From Phycisphaerae bacterium (GTDB taxonomy: Bacteria; Planctomycetota; Phycisphaerae; UBA1845; Fen-1342): 64,000 nt of DNA. A program made the translations under genes and the position numbers. Position 1 is the first letter of the stretch. Each line of letters starts with the position of its first letter. The DNA lies in contig CAXXWX010000017.1 in the NCBI GenBank assembly GCA_963675745.2, positions 32,001 to 96,000 on the forward strand, in the 5' to 3' direction. Positions 59,301 through 64,000 of the stretch are shown one piece after another. The notes beneath the pieces are model-generated. The model worked only from the letters and a program-made list of their open reading frames with translations. It was not told the DNA's origin and searched no databases.

Positions 59301-60304
59301 TCGATCAAGCCGCCGTTCAATACGTCGGCTTGTCCTTGACCGCCGTCGCCGACCAGCAGTGAGCCGTTCAACAGGAAGATCGAGTTCGGGTCGGTGACAG
59401 TGAGTTCGCCGGTGCTGTCGGCGAACCAGGCCACGCGGGCGATCGACTCGACGCTGGCGCTGCCGGCCCGCTCAATCGTCAGAGCGGCGGTCCCGGACAT
59501 CCCCACGTTCAACGAGCCCGAGAGATCGAACGAGGCCTCGGCGCCACGAACGGTCACTGCGCCGTCGCCCGTCGCGCCGTTTCCGATGTTTGAATGCACG
59601 CTGCTGATCGAACCGCCGTCCCGTACCAGAACGGTGGCCGTGCCTGCGTCTCCGACGGTGAAGTGGTCGGTCAGCGTCAGCGAGGCATCTGTCCCATAGA
59701 CTTCCACGGATCCCTGGTTCCCGAAGTTATGTCCACCGATGATGGACCGGAAGGCCGTAACGGAAGCGCCGTCATGGATGACGACGCTCCCGTCACCGTC
59801 ATTGGCCACACCCAGCGCGTCGGAGAGCGTGGCGGTGATCCCCGGGCCGAAGTCGAGCATTCCGTGCGCGCCCTCCCCCAAGCCGACGTCGGCCGTCTCC
59901 GCCTCAATCGTCCCATCCGTCAGCCACAAGCTGCCCACCTGCCCGGCGGATTCGCCTACTACGAGCCCGCGGCCGGCGAGGCTGAGCGTATACGTGATGC
60001 CCTCCAGGTCCAGGGCAACCATGTCATCGCGCACCAGACACGCGCTGTTGGTGATGTTCATCCCCGGGCTGAACGTCACCGAGTACGCCGCCGTTTGCCC
60101 CAGGTCGAAGATTGCCGTGTCGTTGGGATCGGGCACGGACTGTGGGCTCCAGTTGGTGGCGACGTCGAACGTGCCGCCGTGCGGTTCGTCCCAGAAGATA
60201 TCGGCCGCCATGGTGGTTTGGACGGTCAGTACCGCCACCACCAATGTCGCCAGGCGTACCCGCTTCGCCCACCTGCCGCGTGATTCGCTTGTGCTCTTTC
60301 GCAT
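56369..60304 (-). CDS. Large secreted T5SS/PEP-CTERM-associated repeat (beta-helix) protein with C-terminal dockerin-like domain
   Basis: AGGAGG RBS and signal peptide. Many VG..G.G.L.V..G/GS.L repeats. Ends GDLNCDGWVNNGDIDAFV..YPGCD..GDINQD.FVNNGDIDAFV. Confidence 0.9.
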   Translation of the reverse strand: MRKSTSESRGRWAKRVRLATLVVAVLTVQTTMAADIFWDEPHGGTFDVATNWSPQSVPDPNDTAIFDLGQTAAYSVTFSPGMNITNSACLVRDDMVALDLEGITYTLSLAGRGLVVGESAGQVGSLWLTDGTIEAETADVGLGEGAHGMLDFGPGITATLSDALGVANDGDGSVVIHDGASVTAFRSIIGGHNFGNQGSVEVYGTDASLTLTDHFTVGDAGTATVLVRDGGSISSVHSNIGNGATGDGAVTVRGAEASFDLSGSLNVGMSGTAALTIERAGSASVESIARVAWFADSTGELTVTDPNSIFLLNGSLLVGDGGQGQADVLNGGLIEAQEVNVGVSPTGEGTLTVDDASSELVVANTMRVGQGGPGTATISNGATVSASGAGLVVGDQATGTMIVSGGSSVQTEVVDLGCGTTGDGDLTVTGTDSMLDVGNAMNLGQNGSAELTVSTGGAVNVLNTIRLAWFEGSSGQLTVTDAESSLATDNLIYVGDGGQGRADVLNGGSLDVREMNIGSSTTGVGTLNVADAPSVLTVDELIRVGRYGPGTATISNGAAISAIGAAMGIGDQATGTMTISGGSTAQAENVDLGYSATGDGEATITGADSLLDVGNTLNLGLSGTATLTVADGGNVDVLNTIRIAWFDTATADVTVTGAGSSLATDNYLNVGDGGQGTLSILGGGAASADWMNIGLAETADGTTSVANGGSRLDVTNSIEVGYQGSGALTASDGGAIDANQIVVGGNQIGVAEFSVSGDDSTATIGDSLTVGWDGQGTCTLTEGASVNAAWIYLGRGSTGSGDGSATGDSTSLMATNTIAVGVAGQAALDVAGTASVAAQSLIIGWDTTGDGELTASGAGTVLSTTEGMQVGNQGIGSLTIQGQAAGVAHWLEAGVATTGHGDVIVDGAGSTLTTTEGLRIGYWGTGALEVGGGATVSTLDYTGWIIVGDIAGSDGTVTVDGGSLLSADLAPIVVGNSGQGALSILGGSEAYSNGELFAGSQAGAVANITVDGLGSKYESASAYPSKLGDAGSATLSIANGGHFNANSACFLGLQEGSGGHVTLSGTGSTFETPVLMVGRAGAASIDVGDGRAALGVDPNSVPAGELHLGPGAHLGGTGLITGTVVNGDGAVYPGGSINDDILTGTLNVQGDFKQQANGTLWIELGGTTAGDEYCVLDVTGSAILGGELAVVLVDGFVPGLGDGFAVVECGSRSGEFDQTQLPTLPEGLYWRVAYAATGVNLEVIDQQYELGDLNCDGWVNNGDIDAFVMAISDPDAYAANYPGCDINLGDINQDTFVNNGDIDAFVELLAR

Positions 60305-60593
60305 GATGATTCCTCCTACGGATGCGTCGCTCCTGCTTGGCATCACGGCGCCCTGGGGCTGGTTCCCTGCAAGTCGCGTGTGATGACCCTGCCCTATGTC
60401 AACTCCCGCCAGTCCGGCCCGCGTCGAGCCGAGGTGACCGGGGGTGCCGGTGCCGGTCACCCCGCCGTTATCTCAAGCGGGTGTTGTTCGGATGCGTGAC
60501 GCAGGTAGGGAGTGTTTTTTGCGTCGTCGTTCGGCGGCGTCAGTGGGACGTACCATGCATGGTGTTTATCGGATGTGCGCGAGCGGGCATGAT

Positions 60594-63242
60594 TCACGGG
60601 TGGGGTTGATCGGATTCGCGCGCCGCGACCCAGTGCGGCCACAGCGGGGCGACCTGCACCCGGGCCATGAACACCTGGGCGAAGCGATAGTCGATGTAGA
60701 TGAACACGCCGGTATCGAGGCAGGTTTGCAGGAATTCGCGGCCGGCGGCTTGGTTCCCGCGCGAGATTTCGCGCAGCGCGACGATAAACGCGGCCTCACA
60801 GCGCGCGCCCGGCCGTCCCTTCGTGCTGGCGAGGAACGCCGTTGCATCGATTTCCCCCAAGAAGTACGCCAGGCCGTTGGGCACGTCGGCTTCCACCGCG
60901 ACCGTTGGCCGCGCATCGCGTGCCGTGCGTGCTTGCAGCTCCCGAACGGCGGCGAGTGCCTCGGCCGGCGCGCCGAGCAGCTCCAGGAATATGGCGGAGG
61001 CAATCAGTCCGGTCGGATTCCCCGTCTGCGCAGCCACACACGTTCGGCACACAGCGCGCGCATCTTCCAGGCGCCCCAGTTCCGCCAGTAGCAGCGCCTT
61101 CTGCAACGGTAATGGGAAGAACCCGGGCAGATCCTCGCATGCCGGTGTCAGATGCTGCAAGGCCTCCTCCAACTCGCCCTGCGCGTGCAGCGAGATCGCC
61201 AGTTGATGCACGATGCCCGGGTGGTTTTTGCCGGTGGATTGGCGGTCGATCTCCAACGCTTGCTTGAAGCACGCCGTTGCCTGTGCGTGTTCGCCGACAA
61301 ACCGCCGGTAGACGCCTTCGCGGTTCAATCCGCCGATTTCATGTGGGCGTTGCAGTTCGCGTGTGCGGACGAAGTCTCTTCGGCTGTTCTCGAGCCAGGT
61401 CGGCGCGAACTCGCTGAGATCGGGTTGAGTGGTCGCGTAGGCCGCGGCGAACAACCACCCCGTGGCCCGCGCCGCGTAGGCGCGCGACGTGTCCGCCGCG
61501 AAAACGACCCACGCATCGAAGTCATCGAGCATCGGCTGCAATTGCGTGCGATCCCCTTGCGCGAGCAACAGGTTGCCGCGATGGTGGGCGCGGGCACTGA
61601 TGGCCGGCGTGAAGTCAACGCGCATCGCGATGGCGCGGTTGTACGACTCGAGCGCCCCGGCGTCCTGGACCTTGGCCTGCGTCAGCCCGCGCAGCAGCCA
61701 GCCGAGAGCCGTGTCGATGCGGCGGCCCACGTTGGCTTCGAAGAAGCGCTCGCCGTTGCTGATGTCGGCGGTTGAGTAATAGGCGAACGACAGCGCGTAG
61801 CACACCTCGACGTGTTCCGGGTCTCGTTGATACGCCTTCAGCAGTGGCGGGATGGCGCGCTGAGGCTGACCGTTCAGCAGCGGCCCGAGTCCGCGGTACA
61901 GGTACAACCGCGGCGTACCCACGCCCAACGATTCCGCATTGTCCAGCAACTCGCCGGCGCGCTCCAGGTCGCTTTTGAACAGCACCGCGGTAAACGCCTC
62001 ATCGAGATATTGTCGCGCCTTGGCCTCGCGGAGGCGCCCCGTGAGCATCGCGGTTGTCACGATCAGCGCCAACACCACCACGGCCGCCAACGTGTACCAT
62101 CGACGTTGCGCCACAAAGCGTGCGGCCTTTACAGCCAGCGGCGTGCGGCGCGCATGAATCGGCTCTCCCTCGACGAATCGCCGGCAATCCTCCGCCACCG
62201 CCGCCGCGCGCGGATACCGCCTGTCAGGATCCTTCTCCATGCACTTGGAGACGATGGTCTCGAGGTCGCGCGGAATCGCCCGGTTTAACTGCCGGATGGG
62301 CAGGGGGGTGCCGACGGCGATCTGGTTCAGTACGACGTCGCGCTCGCTGCCGTCAAACGCCGGTTCGAGCGTGAGCAGTTCGTACAGCGTCGCGCCCAGG
62401 GAGTAGATGTCGGTGCGCTCGTCGAGCTGTGTATTGCTGCCGCGTGCCTGCTCTGGCGACATGTAGCGCGCCGTGCCGACGACGTCGCCGGAGATTGTCA
62501 GCGAGCTCAAGGCGTCCCCGCGGGCCAGGCCGAAGTCGGTGATCCACACACTGCCGCGCGCATCTCGCAGCAGGTTCGACGGCTTCACGTCGCGGTGGAT
62601 GACGCCGCGCTCGTGGGCGTGCGCCAGTGCGTCCGCAATCTGTCGCCCCCATCCCGCCACGCGTCTGAAGTGCTCGCGCCCCGGTTGGTTGCCGGAAGCT
62701 CTGAGTTCGGCCAGGTGCTCCGCCAGTGTGCAGCCCTCGACAAACTGCATGGCGTAGAAGTGGATACCGTGTTCCTGGCCGACCGCGTAGACGGGAACGA
62801 TGTTGGCGTGCTGAAGCCGACCCGCCATCGCCGCTTCTCGGGTGAAGCGCTCCAGCGCGGTATCTGACAGGAGTGTCCCCGCCGCGAGGACCTTCAGCGC
62901 CACCCGCCGGCCCATCGACGTCTGGATCGCCTCATAGACGACGCCCATACCCCCACGGCCCACCTCCCGCAAAATCCGGTATTCCCCCAGCATCTCATGC
63001 CGGCGCAGGCCGGCGGCGTTGAGACTCCTGCTCGTCGCTTCCACGAAGTCGAGCGTCTTGAATACACCACGCAGGGCATCGGCCAACTCGGGATGCGCCG
63101 CCACGTAAGCCTGCTGATCGGGGATCTCGCCGGCGGCCAACTCCTCTAAGTAGCGATCCAGGATCTCTTCAAGCGTCGCGCCGGACTTGTGCGCGGGCGG
63201 CGGCTGAGGTGCGGCGTGGTCATCGGGTTTTTCAGAGGGCAT
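60594..63242 (-). CDS. Hanks-type Ser/Thr protein kinase with TM segment and TPR-like C-terminus
   Basis: GRGGMGVVY, VALK, HRDVKPSN, DFG, GTARYMSPEQ, DIYSLG. Confidence 0.96.
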   Translation of the reverse strand: MPSEKPDDHAAPQPPPAHKSGATLEEILDRYLEELAAGEIPDQQAYVAAHPELADALRGVFKTLDFVEATSRSLNAAGLRRHEMLGEYRILREVGRGGMGVVYEAIQTSMGRRVALKVLAAGTLLSDTALERFTREAAMAGRLQHANIVPVYAVGQEHGIHFYAMQFVEGCTLAEHLAELRASGNQPGREHFRRVAGWGRQIADALAHAHERGVIHRDVKPSNLLRDARGSVWITDFGLARGDALSSLTISGDVVGTARYMSPEQARGSNTQLDERTDIYSLGATLYELLTLEPAFDGSERDVVLNQIAVGTPLPIRQLNRAIPRDLETIVSKCMEKDPDRRYPRAAAVAEDCRRFVEGEPIHARRTPLAVKAARFVAQRRWYTLAAVVVLALIVTTAMLTGRLREAKARQYLDEAFTAVLFKSDLERAGELLDNAESLGVGTPRLYLYRGLGPLLNGQPQRAIPPLLKAYQRDPEHVEVCYALSFAYYSTADISNGERFFEANVGRRIDTALGWLLRGLTQAKVQDAGALESYNRAIAMRVDFTPAISARAHHRGNLLLAQGDRTQLQPMLDDFDAWVVFAADTSRAYAARATGWLFAAAYATTQPDLSEFAPTWLENSRRDFVRTRELQRPHEIGGLNREGVYRRFVGEHAQATACFKQALEIDRQSTGKNHPGIVHQLAISLHAQGELEEALQHLTPACEDLPGFFPLPLQKALLLAELGRLEDARAVCRTCVAAQTGNPTGLIASAIFLELLGAPAEALAAVRELQARTARDARPTVAVEADVPNGLAYFLGEIDATAFLASTKGRPGARCEAAFIVALREISRGNQAAGREFLQTCLDTGVFIYIDYRFAQVFMARVQVAPLWPHWVAARESDQPHP

Positions 63243-63846
63243 GTCCCAGGAGTTCTCGCAGCCGAATCAGCGCCCGTACACACAAGCTGCGTACGGCACG
63301 GTCTGATCGTCCCATCCGTTCCGCGGTCTCGGCGACATCCATTTGACTGAAGTAGCGCAACTGAATCACCTCACGCTGGTCAGCCGAAAGCTGCTCCAGC
63401 GCCTGGCGAAGAAGCTGAACGCGATCGGCGTGAGCAGCGACCTTCGATGGCGTCGCACCTGAGTCTGTGACGGCGTCCAAAAGTCGCCCCATCGACGCAT
63501 CGATGCCCAGGTCCGCCACACGCACCTCGCCACGTCGCTTCCGTGTTTGAAACGCCTGTCGGTCCACGTCGCAGATGCGATTGACGGCGATGCGGCGAAG
63601 CCACGCGAAGAAGCTGTCGTGCCCGCGATCAACAAACTGCTCGATGTTGTTCACCGCATCCAGGAAAACCTGCTGCATCACATCCTGCGACTCGAGCCGT
63701 TGGCGCAGACGGTCGCCCAACTCCGCCCGGACGGACTCCAACAGGCGCTGTGTGTGCATCCGCACCAGCTCTTCCAGCGCGGACTCGTCACGATCCTTGG
63801 CCCGCGCGATCAGATCCTGCAATTGGTTTGGCTCCACGCTGCGCAT
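63232..63846 (-). CDS. ECF sigma factor of the planctomycete kinase-associated type
   Basis: LRQRLESQDVMQQ, FFAWLRRIA, TPSKVA, region 4 AETAERMGRSDRAVRSL. Overlaps the kinase gene; GGGAGGT RBS. Confidence 0.93.
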   Translation of the reverse strand: MRSVEPNQLQDLIARAKDRDESALEELVRMHTQRLLESVRAELGDRLRQRLESQDVMQQVFLDAVNNIEQFVDRGHDSFFAWLRRIAVNRICDVDRQAFQTRKRRGEVRVADLGIDASMGRLLDAVTDSGATPSKVAAHADRVQLLRQALEQLSADQREVIQLRYFSQMDVAETAERMGRSDRAVRSLCVRALIRLRELLGHAL

Positions 63847-64000
63847 AGCTCACCTCCCCGACTAAAAGCGGGCAAGCCGCGCCTGCGCCACTCTCCAAAC
63901 TCGCGGCACATCGCATCCGTGGATGGACTATAGACGGCGATCGTGGCCGACGCCAAACTTCGCATCGGCCGATATCTCCCCCGAAAGCCGCCGCGGCGCG

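Overview
High-GC bacterial window that looks like Planctomycetota, most likely Phycisphaerae. This is inferred from the ECF-sigma/Ser-Thr kinase pair, the prepilin/DUF1559-like proteins, a Cys-bridged dockerin-like C-terminal tag and the abundance of DPN motifs. The left part (1-35 kb) holds secreted and adhesin-like proteins, a serpin, a metalloprotease, two ECF modules, three tandem atypical prepilin-like paralogs, hpf, a hybrid kinase, an acyltransferase-ankyrin fusion and a queuosine-salvage gene. After tRNA-Ser(TGA) at 35545 comes a mosaic region: a decayed Rhs gene with a nucleotidyltransferase-like tip, an arabinose/arabinan locus (araA, ROK, GH51, GH146-like, araD, araB, SSS, truncated GH2), and three tandem Rhs cassettes. 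The window ends with a large repeat protein downstream of an ECF-sigma/kinase pair. Two observations stand out. (1) All three Rhs cassettes carry a dockerin-like module inside the YD-repeat region, and the two cassettes that retain a C-terminus end in His/Cys caspase-like domains. (2) A 33-34 bp hairpin element (CC-stem-loop-GG-CAGGC) sits at equivalent Asn-Gly positions in five places in these Rhs genes and shows a compensatory stem change. Many genes carry single-base frameshifts that are probably assembly errors, so pseudogene calls are cautious. All calls are from motif recognition by eye; no searches were run.
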